From positions 1 to 64,000 of the IMG/VR virus record IMGVR_UViG_3300020548_000009: DNA of 64,000 bases; one strand, given 5' to 3'. Each line of letters starts with the position of its first letter. Position 1 is the stretch's first letter. The stretch is from a virus. This document shows, in pieces, positions 16,399-25,679 of the stretch. Position numbers and translations under genes: made by a program. The notes below the pieces were generated by a model, which did not search any database, was not told the origin of the DNA, and saw nothing but the letters and a program-made list of their open reading frames with translations.

Positions 16399-17872
16399 TA
16401 GAGAACTCCTGCTTCAATCCACTTGGCAAGGTCTGTTGCTGGCATCGGCGTCAGTTTTTCAACTTCGTTGATTTCAACAACATCCCAAGCCTTGTCCCAA
16501 TCAAGAACTTCAACCCAAAGGATTTTGTTTCTGTCAAAGGGCTCGTTGCTGTATTTCTCCATAGCCTCATCCGCATCGTTGGCTTCAACGATGTATTGGA
16601 GGTTTATGTCAATTGACTGCTGAATAATAAATTGTTTCATTGTGTTTGCCTTTCTATTTGGTTGGTACTTACATTGTAGCACAATCTAGGTCGTTTTCCA
16701 ACCTAGATGTCGTTGCCGTCCTCATCTTGGAAGATGAGTTCGTGGCGGGACGGGGCTGAGCGCATATCTTCGTATGCCAACCTAGCCACCATCTCCATCA
16801 CATCGTCGTCGGATACTTCCAACTCGGGGTCGTTGTTGTTTTCCCGAATTGACTCTTTGACTGACTCCACATCGTAGGTGAAGGTACGGATGACGTTAAT
16901 TGTCTCCATCACGCATACTCCTCTTCCTCTTCCTCGCGGCGCGCCTCATCTTCGGCGCACTGAGGAATGAGACTGGTGAAGCCTTCGTTGGGGTCAGCCT
17001 CGTTGGTTTCCACTGCTGAGATGAACTTGAGTGGGCATGAATCTTCGTACCACTTCTCAAGCGTTGCCAGCATTACATCTGGATACGCGGTCTGAGTGTG
17101 TTCGTAGTTTTCTCGGAACCACTGAGCCTGAGTCTCGTCAAGAGCAAGATAAATCTTGTGGCAACCGTCAAACGCGATACATTTCGCGTATTCCAGTTGT
17201 TCCTTGACTTCGTGCCAATAATCTTCCATTACAGCCATTGTGTTTTCTTCTTTCTGTTGAGTTGGTTATTACTTACAATTACAGTATAGGGGTCTGTATC
17301 ACAGTTTGCAACCTTATTGGTCAAATATTCCCTCATCGTGCCAACGATAGGACTCGTTTTGCTGAATTACTTCTTCTGAAGGTACGCCAATTATCTGAAG
17401 TGTGTGTTGGTCAATGATACGGAAACACCGTTCACATAGGTAGTGGGTTCCGTCCCACCCTTGCTCGTCGGGCTCGCACCTCGCGCCAATTTCGCTACAA
17501 GGGCTGAATCCGTCAAAGTGTGGCTCGTTCTTACACTTACAAATCCACCAGTCTTCACTGTCTTCAATGATGTAGTCAGGAATACTTTCTGGTGGGGCAA
17601 GGAGCATGTCCGTCCAGTCTGGTTTATTTTCCATTCTTAGCCGCCCAGTACGCCTGTACCTCGGTTTGTTCATCGTCTGTGCCGTCCGATAGGACAATCT
17701 CAAACTGGTGAAGCCCGTTGATGACGCGGAAGGTCTCGGCGTTCGCCACACTGTCCCAAGTGAGAGCATTACGAAGCGAATTGGTAGTTCCGCCTCGGTC
17801 TCCCAAGAGTTTTGCGCAGAAGCGTCGGTAGCCTTTGTCGTTGGTTTTCTGTAATAGGTATTGTGTTGTCAT
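16398..17872 (-). CDS. Run of small acidic hypothetical genes (16398-16640, 16703-16912, 16909-17238, 17314-17634, 17624-17872)
   Basis: Coupled ORFs following promoters. Confidence 0.6.
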
Positions 17873-17984
17873 GACTCTATTGTAGCACAAACAATCCGGT
17901 TTCGCAACCTTGTTCACAATTTCACAAATACTTTCAGGTATTTTATTTGAGACACTTTTCAGTTTTTGTCTTATTTGCCCCTAG

Positions 17985-18046
17985 CCAAAAATATGGTGTT
18001 CCATGGAAAATGGTTTTATTTTTAGGGACAGGCCGTTCCCTTGGGC
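17985..18046 (+). repeat. Dispersed repeat copy 7
   Basis: CCAAAAATATGGTGTTCCATGGAAAATGGTTTTATT...GCCGTTCCCTTGGGC. Confidence 0.9.
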
Positions 18047-18048
18047 CC

Positions 18049-18285
18049 CTACGGGCGGTCTGCGTCCTTCACCGATGCAAGCACGCCCATGTCGTTGAAT
18101 TTATTCCGAAGTTCTCGGACGGCATCTACCGACATGCAGACGTGCCCGGTGACAGTCCAACCCATGCCGCGCTTTGCTTCATGCAGCATGAGTTCTCCTG
18201 TTTCATCTAACTCGCGAAGAACTGCAATTACTTTCAGTCCCTCACTCCGAGTGTTGACAGCAGCGCTGACAGTGATTGGCTTCAT
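18049..18285 (-). CDS. Ribosomal protein bL12 (L7/L12) C-terminal-domain-like protein
   Basis: KVIAVLREL..G.L.L.EAK...MS.D...EL..KF.DMGV.ASVK parallels the bL12 CTD. Confidence 0.5.
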   Translation of the reverse strand: MKPITVSAAVNTRSEGLKVIAVLRELDETGELMLHEAKRGMGWTVTGHVCMSVDAVRELRNKFNDMGVLASVKDADRP

Positions 18286-18561
18286 GTCCGGCAATCTAGC
18301 CCACCCATCTTCCAAAGACGGTGTAGCCGTCTTCTTCGCGCCGCACAATCCATTCCGTGCCCGGATATCGCTTCTTATACTGCTGGGCTTTTGAGTGACC
18401 CGTGCGTGCGATGTTTCCGGTGCAGTACACCGCCCACGCGCCTGGAGTCTCTTTGAGTTTGTCTACGAACTGCTTCACCTGATACGGGCTGCCGTTGCGC
18501 GGTCCCGGCGGCTGCCGGAACTCCGTTTTCCTTGTCATGTTATGTATCTTTCTTTGTTTTA

Positions 18562-19023
18562 TTAAAAGGGAAGTCTGAACCACATGTCCTTGCCGCGCGC
18601 ACAGTCATGCACGCTGCTTAGCCCAATCCGCTTGTACATCGCCCGCGTATTCGCGTTTGAGTCAATGGCGTGGTATTTACCTGTGTCGTTACCAAACTTT
18701 TTAAATACTCGATTGACCATCTGATACTCCTTGATTGCCGGAGCATCTTGTCCATCGATGTCTGTGTCGTTGAAGAGGGCGAGGTCTGGCTGCCATCCGG
18801 TACGGTCATAGATGCGCTTCAACGTGGGAATGGCCCACTTGATGTTGCGTGCCGTAATCAGGATGGTGAACTCCGGTTCAAGGAGTTCTGTCATCCACTT
18901 GCGATAGTCCTCGTGATTGCTCACGAAGTCATCAAAGGCGTGGTTACGCATCTCGCTGAAGTTGGACGACAAAGCCACGTTCAAGTCCATCAGTACGATG
19001 CGCTCGGTTGACTTCTTAGCCAT
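18562..19023 (-). CDS. HAD-superfamily-like protein (degenerate motif I, DLN)
   Basis: IVLMDLN, ILITAR, AIKE, AIDSN. Confidence 0.55.
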   Translation of the reverse strand: MAKKSTERIVLMDLNVALSSNFSEMRNHAFDDFVSNHEDYRKWMTELLEPEFTILITARNIKWAIPTLKRIYDRTGWQPDLALFNDTDIDGQDAPAIKEYQMVNRVFKKFGNDTGKYHAIDSNANTRAMYKRIGLSSVHDCARGKDMWFRLPF

Positions 19024-19516
19024 TCTTCTCTCGTTCTCTATCCGCTTTCGGGTCTCTGACTTCCCACGAACCACGCTGTATTTTGCGGAAGTAAGGGGAT
19101 GTTTTGAGATAGTTTAGAACCGTCGGATAGGAAAATCCCGAAAGGCCGACAATCTCTTCAGTGGTTACTTCCTTGTAAAGATTGTTCTTGCACCACTCTT
19201 CAAGGGCTTTCCACTTGTCTGCGCGTCGCTCCGGCTTCTTTTCCTGAACGGCCTCTTTTAGCCGTTCTTTTCCAAGATATTCCGAAACCAGATACTCAAT
19301 GACTGGTGTGGAGATTGAGTAGTCGCGCATAAAGCGAACCACGTTGCCTGCGGACGGCGTCTGCTGCCAGACCTGCATGACATACAGCCCGCGGATGAGT
19401 TCGCCCATACGGGCCGACTCGTCGCGCGGAACTTTGTATATCGTGCCGTGCTTGGCTGCAGCGTCGCGCCACAGTTCTGCGTTTTTCTTATCAACTATTT
19501 CGTCTGTAATTTTCAC
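19016..19516 (-). CDS. Hypothetical protein with C-terminal winged-HTH-like region
   Basis: VTTEEIVGLSGFSYPTVLNYLK...RGSWEV. Confidence 0.6.
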   Translation of the reverse strand: MKITDEIVDKKNAELWRDAAAKHGTIYKVPRDESARMGELIRGLYVMQVWQQTPSAGNVVRFMRDYSISTPVIEYLVSEYLGKERLKEAVQEKKPERRADKWKALEEWCKNNLYKEVTTEEIVGLSGFSYPTVLNYLKTSPYFRKIQRGSWEVRDPKADREREKNG

Positions 19517-20427
19517 CAGCCGTCTCCTGCTGCATCGTAGATTCCGTTAAAAAATGCCATATTCCAAAACGCGCTATTGCCACGTGAGAGCCCTGCGCAC
19601 ATCTCGCAAATCCATGCGCCGCCTTCTTGCTCTATGAGCATTGGGCGAGGCATGCAGCACGCATCACACTCAGCATCCGGCTCATGCGCCACGGTCACGG
19701 TGTACGTGACGATGGGCGTGGTCGGTGCACTCTTGTGACGACTGGGCCTTTTCTTACGACGGGCCATAAGCGCTTGAATCCTCTCAGTAGTTGAAATGGG
19801 GTTGGGAATTGATGGAATTTGAGGAATTTAAATACTCCTCCAGTGAATTGCATACTCGGGAAAAAGATAGCCCACAGCATGGACACGGCAACCAACGTTG
19901 GCGACGCATCCGTCACTGGCAGTATCCCAAAGGACAGCACCAAGATGACGAACCACTGGAACCACTTGTTCTTGATTAATTGCATTCGGTTACTCCTCTG
20001 GGATTAGGTTGGTATTGAGTGTAAGCCAGTGGCGAAGGTATGACGACATGTCTGCATACATTGCGCCTTCCAGCATCGGGTCAAAGTCGCCGCCGAATGA
20101 TTCGGGGAAATGCTTGACGATGGTCGTCCAGAAAGACTCAAGGCCCTTGTCAACGGCCTCTTCTACACGTGCTTCTAGTTGGATATTCATTTGGTTCACC
20201 TCCTTCATTGGGTTGGTTATCATGCTCTATCACAGTATATCATGCTCTAGCACAATCAACAACCCGGAACAACCAGATTCTTGATTGCGTAGTCACCCTA
20301 TCCATGATAGAGCGTGATAGAGCATACGACAACCTCGTTCCGGAAATATTTTTGACTCTCGGTAGTTTTATTTTGAGTGACGCTCGTGAAAGTGCGCACA
20401 AGCACAATCACGTATTTCTGCCTCTGT

Positions 20428-20482
20428 CCCAAAAAAATGGTGTTCCAGCCAGGATGGCTTTATTCTGCTCGCGCCGTTTCTT
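20428..20482 (+). repeat. Dispersed repeat copy 8 (runs into a -10 TAGACT and leaderless ATG at 20494)
   Basis: AAAAAATGGTGTTCCAGCCAGGATGGCTTTATT...GCCGTTTCTTAGACT. Confidence 0.8.
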
Positions 20483-20493
20483 AGACTGTTTTC

Positions 20494-21081
20494 ATGCCGC
20501 GCCCACGAGACAATCAGCGCAGCCGCCTGTACGCAGCAGAGTGGGAGTGCTTTGGGTGGACACACATGCAGTTCAAAGACTTTCCGGCAACCGAGAAATA
20601 CCTGTGGAAGGTTTTATCAAACAGATATGTCCAGCGTAAATACCAAATCGCCCGCGATATCAAGTCTGGAATCATTCCGTTGAAAATATCCAAGGGCGAC
20701 GGCTCTCGTGTTGCATGGGCCCGGATACTCCCAGAAAAAATGTGGGTGTCATTCCCGCGCAAATGGAGGAACGACTTCACCGTCATCCATCAAATCGCCC
20801 ATCTGCTCACACCACCGGATGTTCAGGAACACGGAAGAGAGTTTTGCCGAACGTACCTGCATTTAGTACTTGTCATGATGGGCCGGGAAAAGCAAAAACA
20901 ACTGAAGGCCGCGATGAAGAAACATAACTGTAAGTACTCCAAGAGACACACGCCATACAAAAGACCATTCACTCAGGAGGAAAAGGACGCAATGCTCGCT
21001 AGATTGATGAAGAACAACTATGGCAACAAATCACAAATGGAACACGCTGAACATCATGCGCTTTTACGCGCGAATCGGTAA
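20494..21081 (+). CDS. Rv0185/TIGR04338-like metallohydrolase homolog with HQxxH
   Basis: RDNQRSRLYAAE N-terminus; VIHQIAHLL...EHGREF. Confidence 0.65.
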   Translation: MPRPRDNQRSRLYAAEWECFGWTHMQFKDFPATEKYLWKVLSNRYVQRKYQIARDIKSGIIPLKISKGDGSRVAWARILPEKMWVSFPRKWRNDFTVIHQIAHLLTPPDVQEHGREFCRTYLHLVLVMMGREKQKQLKAAMKKHNCKYSKRHTPYKRPFTQEEKDAMLARLMKNNYGNKSQMEHAEHHALLRANR

Positions 21082-21346
21082 GCAATTCAACGCTGATATC
21101 TACCTACAGTTCATTGGACCACAGGAAGCATCACACGCAAAGGTCAAAACACTCCCATCACGCTCTGAAATCCTCAATATCATCAGACGACACGTCGAAA
21201 ATGGTTGGTGTATCAGAGTGGGGAACAATGTGGTGATTACCGACAAGGGGATTGCTGCACTGATGGCGTGGGAAAAACAAAAATATCTACGGGAAGCAGA
21301 AGTTTCTTCCGAAACACTACGACGGAGAAAATTATTGCAGGACTAG
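21020..21346 (+). CDS. Hypothetical protein (winged-helix-like)
   Basis: ...VVITDKG motif. Confidence 0.55.
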   Translation: MATNHKWNTLNIMRFYARIGKQFNADIYLQFIGPQEASHAKVKTLPSRSEILNIIRRHVENGWCIRVGNNVVITDKGIAALMAWEKQKYLREAEVSSETLRRRKLLQD

Positions 21347-21350
21347 GTTA

Positions 21351-21399
21351 CGAAAAAATGGTGTTCCAGCCGATTTGGGTTTAATTCGCGCCGTTTCTT
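21351..21399 (+). repeat. Dispersed repeat copy 9 (shortened)
   Basis: AAAAAATGGTGTTCCAGCCGATTTGGGTTTAATTCGCGCCGTTTCTT. Confidence 0.75.
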
Positions 21400-21458
21400 C
21401 AAAAAATTATCGCGCACACACGTGTCGATTTTTTAACCTTTCGCCTAACTAATTGTAC

Positions 21459-22013
21459 TTATCGCCGTTTTTTCGGCTTCAACGGTCTCTTCCTGACAGT
21501 CTTTTTACCGGACTTATTTACTTTCTTCCCATTTGACTTTCCAGATTTTTTGCTCGCTCGTGTGCGAGAGTATGCTACTGTATGCGACAGTGTGCTTGAC
21601 GTACGGCGTACCGGCACTTTTGGCAGAGTCAAGTGCGGTGCAATCATCTCTGCCAGCGCATCCGTTACCCTCTCATTGACGTAATCAATTCCCTTCTTGC
21701 GTTCTGAGAACGTACGGGGTGATAACTCTTCCAAGTGTTCTTCTGCGATTTCGTTTATTGCGTTTAGGTGGCAGTGCATAAGTTCGTGAGCAATCGTGCT
21801 TCGCATCACGCTTGGTGACCACTTACGCCAGTCCCGGCATAGCGAGAGTTGTGCGGAGTGTTGTGCGGGGGAGACCAAGATTTCTGCGAATGCTGTATCG
21901 ATGCAATAGTTGTTTTCAAACTCGATGTTCCAGTGAGCCAGTTTCATCTCGTTCTGGAGCCTCTTGACATAGTTCTTCAGCCAGGTCGGGTAAGAGGTTT
22001 TCCGTCCAGTCAT
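21459..22013 (-). CDS. HExxH metalloprotease-like protein with Lys-rich tail
   Basis: IAHELMH; leaderless after TACACT. Confidence 0.6.
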   Translation of the reverse strand: MTGRKTSYPTWLKNYVKRLQNEMKLAHWNIEFENNYCIDTAFAEILVSPAQHSAQLSLCRDWRKWSPSVMRSTIAHELMHCHLNAINEIAEEHLEELSPRTFSERKKGIDYVNERVTDALAEMIAPHLTLPKVPVRRTSSTLSHTVAYSRTRASKKSGKSNGKKVNKSGKKTVRKRPLKPKKRR

Positions 22014-22088
22014 GTGCCTCAGTGTAGGGTCATGCCTTGTGTATCGTTGTGATAGTACCGCGAGTATAGAGTCTATGTATGAATCGAA

Positions 22089-22700
22089 TTGTGGGGTTTG
22101 AGGATGAGTTCAACAGCCATCGGTAACAGAACGGGCGTCAACAAAGGCACCCACATGGAGTTCATGATGTTCACGCCCGAGGAGTGCCAGCACATCGTGG
22201 ACTGGGCTATCCGGCATGGCTATGCCCAACCTGGCCTTGTCCACCGATATAAGACCGGAGAAGCCGTAGGAACCGATTTAAGGCGTTGTAAAGAGTATTT
22301 GGTAGAACCGGGCGATATTCGCTTTAAAAACGATTCTACGCTCTCTGAGAGGGTTCTGGCGGGGTTTGAGCGTGGAAATGTCTGGGGCCTGTCCTATACC
22401 GGGGTTCCTTCCATCCGAGTACTGGAGTATCAGGCCGGAGACGGGTACGGCTGCCATACCGATTGGTCATACGGTGCAGCACGGGAGCGCAAGTTGTCCA
22501 TGACCGTGCAGTTGTCTTCCCACTACCACTACAAGGGCGGGCGGGTTGTGTTGTATGCGGGGCCGCAGGATGACTCCATCTCCGTTGTTCAGGGGATGGC
22601 GACCGTGTGGCCGTCATGGACCCTTCACGAGGTCTTGCCAGTGGAGTCGGGGGTTCGCTATGCCCTAACGACGTGGGCACATGGAGAGGCGTACCGATAG
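22089..22700 (+). CDS. 2OG-Fe(II) oxygenase (PKHD/P4H-like)
   Basis: HTD, RKLSMTVQLS, Y.GG, PSWTLHEV.PV..G.RY. Confidence 0.85.
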   Translation: MWGLRMSSTAIGNRTGVNKGTHMEFMMFTPEECQHIVDWAIRHGYAQPGLVHRYKTGEAVGTDLRRCKEYLVEPGDIRFKNDSTLSERVLAGFERGNVWGLSYTGVPSIRVLEYQAGDGYGCHTDWSYGAARERKLSMTVQLSSHYHYKGGRVVLYAGPQDDSISVVQGMATVWPSWTLHEVLPVESGVRYALTTWAHGEAYR

Positions 22701-23490
22701 CGTTTGAGGTGAGAGAGGAAAACTTATGGCAAACAAAAAACAGCATGGCACGTTAGGCAAAATCTCAATCAAAGGACAACTGACTGATTGTGTTTACGTG
22801 ATTTGGCATACCAGGGACCCAAGGAAGACTTGGTTCGTGAATGCAAAATCTAAAGACGGCTTTTTTAGATGCAGACTCAAATCACTTATTGACCGGCGTC
22901 CTCATGAAGTGAACAGCGGGTTCACTCAGGATGCGTGGTCGTACGAGATTGTCGACGAAGATACGTTTTTGCAGATTCAAAGGGGTGGCGTTCCGATACC
23001 ACCCAGGGACTTGTAACTCAGTAGTCGTCGCGTTCTTCGCGGCGCTTTTTTTCTGCCCAGAGGCGCAGTCTCTTGAGGTGTGGGTTGTAAGACTCATACA
23101 AATCGCGCATTGAGGTTTTATATGCCTTGCCTGCGTAGTCAAAGCCCATTTGCTTGATTGCACTGTTGTACTCATTGAGTATCCGCATTCTCTTGGAGAT
23201 TGGCGGGTGTGTGACTGTCTCGTCGTTCATACCGTAATACTACCGGGGTAGCAAAATGATGTTCGGGGTTTCTTAGTCTTCTTGGCTTCTACGCTGACTC
23301 TTGGTCAACTTCTTCTTTTTCCCGACGGGGCCGTGAAGGTCGTGGGTGCGTAGTGGGTCTCCGTAAGAAAGTCGCGTCCGGCGTTTTCCGGCTTTTGTTC
23401 CGGGAACAATCTCGGTCTTTCCGGTCAGGTAGTTGAAGCGTTCGCGCTGTTGTGCGCCGCGGGCGACCTTCTTATTCTTCTTACCCATGA

Positions 23491-23880
23491 CTACACGCGC
23501 TGGCCTGTTTTCTCAATCACGAAGCCATCTTCGCGGTTCAGTACGACATAGTGATAATCGACCAAGTCAAAGTACTTTTCGCATGCTTCAAGTACTGCGT
23601 CGGTTGGGAGTGTTGAGCATGTGTAGAGGTCAAATTGCACGCGCGCCGGAACTTCTTCATCCCACACGTGAAATGCGATGTGAGAAGTTTCAATGCACAC
23701 TGCTGCAGTGATGCCGCGGTTGCCTTCTGCTTCTACGTAGTGAGCATGAGGACCTGTAACAATCTTCATGCCGATATTGCTAACTAATTCAGTCAACCAA
23801 GCCTTGACTGATTCGACGTCGCGCGGTGGCTGATAAGCCTGACCGTTCATCAAAAGGTGGTTGTGCAAGATTTTTGTCAT
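23491..23880 (-). CDS. speD: S-adenosylmethionine decarboxylase proenzyme family
   Basis: GITAAVCIETSHIAFHVWDE...FDLYTC. Confidence 0.8.
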   Translation of the reverse strand: MTKILHNHLLMNGQAYQPPRDVESVKAWLTELVSNIGMKIVTGPHAHYVEAEGNRGITAAVCIETSHIAFHVWDEEVPARVQFDLYTCSTLPTDAVLEACEKYFDLVDYHYVVLNREDGFVIEKTGQRV

Positions 23881-24343
23881 GGGCTACTTTCTTGATAAAT
23901 GCAATATCTTCTGGATGGACAATATAGTCGACAATGTTCCTATACCTCAAGAAGGATGCCCTGATGTTCCACGTCCTTTTGTTTTCGATTCCCCAAAAGC
24001 GTCCGACTATCGCCCTGACCTGTTCTGGGAATCCACCCCAAATCCCTTGTGGCTCAAACTCCAGGGAGTACAAAAAGCACTCTTGGCGGATAGGGCAAGA
24101 GCGGCACATCTCAATGGCTTCTCTTCGCTTTGACACTTGGTCTTTTGTGTAGTGCCCGTTCACCTGAGAGGGGAAGAACATTGAGGTGTCTTGACCTTCG
24201 CAGGCGCCGCCGCGCGGCGCTTTCTGATTTCCTTCAACCAGATATTTGTTGTTCTGAAGAAACAGGTCTTGCGGTACCTGCATTCGAAACTTTGGGTCCG
24301 GGCTAAATGCTCCGTTTTCGCGCATTCGATTTTGTGTGGTCAT
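23789..24343 (-). CDS. whiB: WhiB-family Fe-S transcription factor with extended termini
   Basis: GAC...FFP...CRSCPIRQEC...GIWGG. Confidence 0.9.
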   Translation of the reverse strand: MTTQNRMRENGAFSPDPKFRMQVPQDLFLQNNKYLVEGNQKAPRGGACEGQDTSMFFPSQVNGHYTKDQVSKRREAIEMCRSCPIRQECFLYSLEFEPQGIWGGFPEQVRAIVGRFWGIENKRTWNIRASFLRYRNIVDYIVHPEDIAFIKKVAHDKNLAQPPFDERSGLSATARRRISQGLVD

Positions 24344-25016
24344 TATTCTTCTTCCTTATCGTTGGATTGTTGGCCATTACCATACGACCATGTATGTCGT
24401 TCTTCCAACATCAATACGGCAATTTTGAACACGACATCTTCTTCGTCGGTAAAGATTCCGTTTGATGTGCAGAGATGATGTATTTCCTGGCTTCTCAGCA
24501 TCTGGCACTCACTGGGGTCAAGTGAGTGGCGCTGGAGAGTGTGAGTTAGTACAACCGCCGAGGCGTACATGCGCTGCCAGTATTTCGCGCTGCCGCCTTC
24601 AGAACTAAAGGGGATACCACCCTCTTTGAATACAAATCGATGACGTTGTCCCAAGTTTCTTCTGATGGTGCGGGGAATCCTGCTTCGTTGGCAATTTTCG
24701 CACGGTACTTGATTGACATATTTTTTACATTGAATAAGTGAAGTCCGAGTTGTTCAATTCGGTCAACAATTCTTACTGCCTTGTAGAATCGGTTTTGACG
24801 CCGATATGGGTTTGGTTCAGTCACTGAATGGGACTTCCTTTCGTAACGCCCATACGCTAGTGCTTGACTTTGGCTTCTCAAAATCCTTTGTCTTGTTTTT
24901 CAATTCCTCGTGCTCAGCCAAGAGAGCGCCGAAAGATAGAGAAACTACCGCAAGCATTGACATCAATAAAATTGCGCCGAACCATCCAAGGATGGCAGCA
25001 ACCATCCAAAACATAT

Positions 25017-25301
25017 TTACTCCAGAGGTGCGCGACCACCAGCAACGATTTTGCGGGCAAGCGCAACCATCTGCTGGATGAGTGGCTTTGATACGGTGAG
25101 TTCGCCAGCCATTTCAGAGTAAGAAAGTCCTTCTGCGTCTGCTCCGCCAAATTCGCATGACTCTTTGATTGCAAGAGCGCGCTGCTCGATGATGTTGCGA
25201 CGGATTTCTGCAACTGCAGGGAGAAGTTCAAAATGAAGAACGCGAGCGCGCTCGACTGGGTCAGAAATCTTTGTGACCTCTTTTAGTTTGTTCTCAATCA
25301 T
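25017..25301 (-). CDS. HTH DNA-binding protein
   Basis: GLSYSEMAGELTVSKPLIQQM. Confidence 0.7.
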   Translation of the reverse strand: MIENKLKEVTKISDPVERARVLHFELLPAVAEIRRNIIEQRALAIKESCEFGGADAEGLSYSEMAGELTVSKPLIQQMVALARKIVAGGRAPLE

Positions 25302-25304
25302 GTC

Positions 25305-25679
25305 CTACTCCAACTCGATAATTTCTATAGTCGCCTTACTCTCGCCAGAGATGACCGGCGCCTCGAATATCAGTCTACGCACAGTATCCGGTCCATCGCC
25401 AGTAAGGATGCCGGCATCTACGAGCCCGTCAATCATGGCTTTTGCTACTGGGAAGTGCCCACCAGTGTCTGCTAGGCCCCGTTTGTTCACACGGTGGGGG
25501 GTGAAGCGGACCTCGATTGCCGTCATCTTGGGAATCTTGCGGGCAATGGCAGACACGCAGGCGGCCTCACGCCATTCCTTGACCTTCTTGGCGCGGGTGA
25601 AGTGATGAAGCGTGCGTTCTTTGTTGAGGGTCCACATTTCACCCCAAACCTCAAGCGTGTAGGTCTTTGGCTTCTTCAT
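25305..25679 (-). CDS. rusA: RusA-like Holliday junction resolvase
   Basis: D...K..IDGLVDAGILTGD pattern. Confidence 0.7.
   Translation of the reverse strand: MKKPKTYTLEVWGEMWTLNKERTLHHFTRAKKVKEWREAACVSAIARKIPKMTAIEVRFTPHRVNKRGLADTGGHFPVAKAMIDGLVDAGILTGDGPDTVRRLIFEAPVISGESKATIEIIELE

Larger units (their letters stand above)
116..17910 (-). promoter_or_regulatory. Array of ~30 sigma-A-type early promoters (TTGCGA/TTGACA/TTGCAA-N17-TGn-TACACT/TACAAT/TATACT)
   Basis: Recurrent + strand AGTGTATCACA...TCGCAAC/TGTCAAC upstream of almost every small gene (e.g. 332-360, 868-896, 2698-2726, 2937-2965, 3287-3315, 8599-8627, 9897-9925, 11346-11374, 13808-13836, 17879-17906). Confidence 0.85.

Noticed and set aside
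39-20100. Numerous plus-strand ORFs in the early region
   Set aside because: No SD or promoter; they overlap minus-strand genes that have clear expression signals
1586-21399. 62 bp repeat as a CRISPR array or integron attC
   Set aside because: Copies are kilobases apart, degenerate and non-palindromic; no cas or integrase gene in the window
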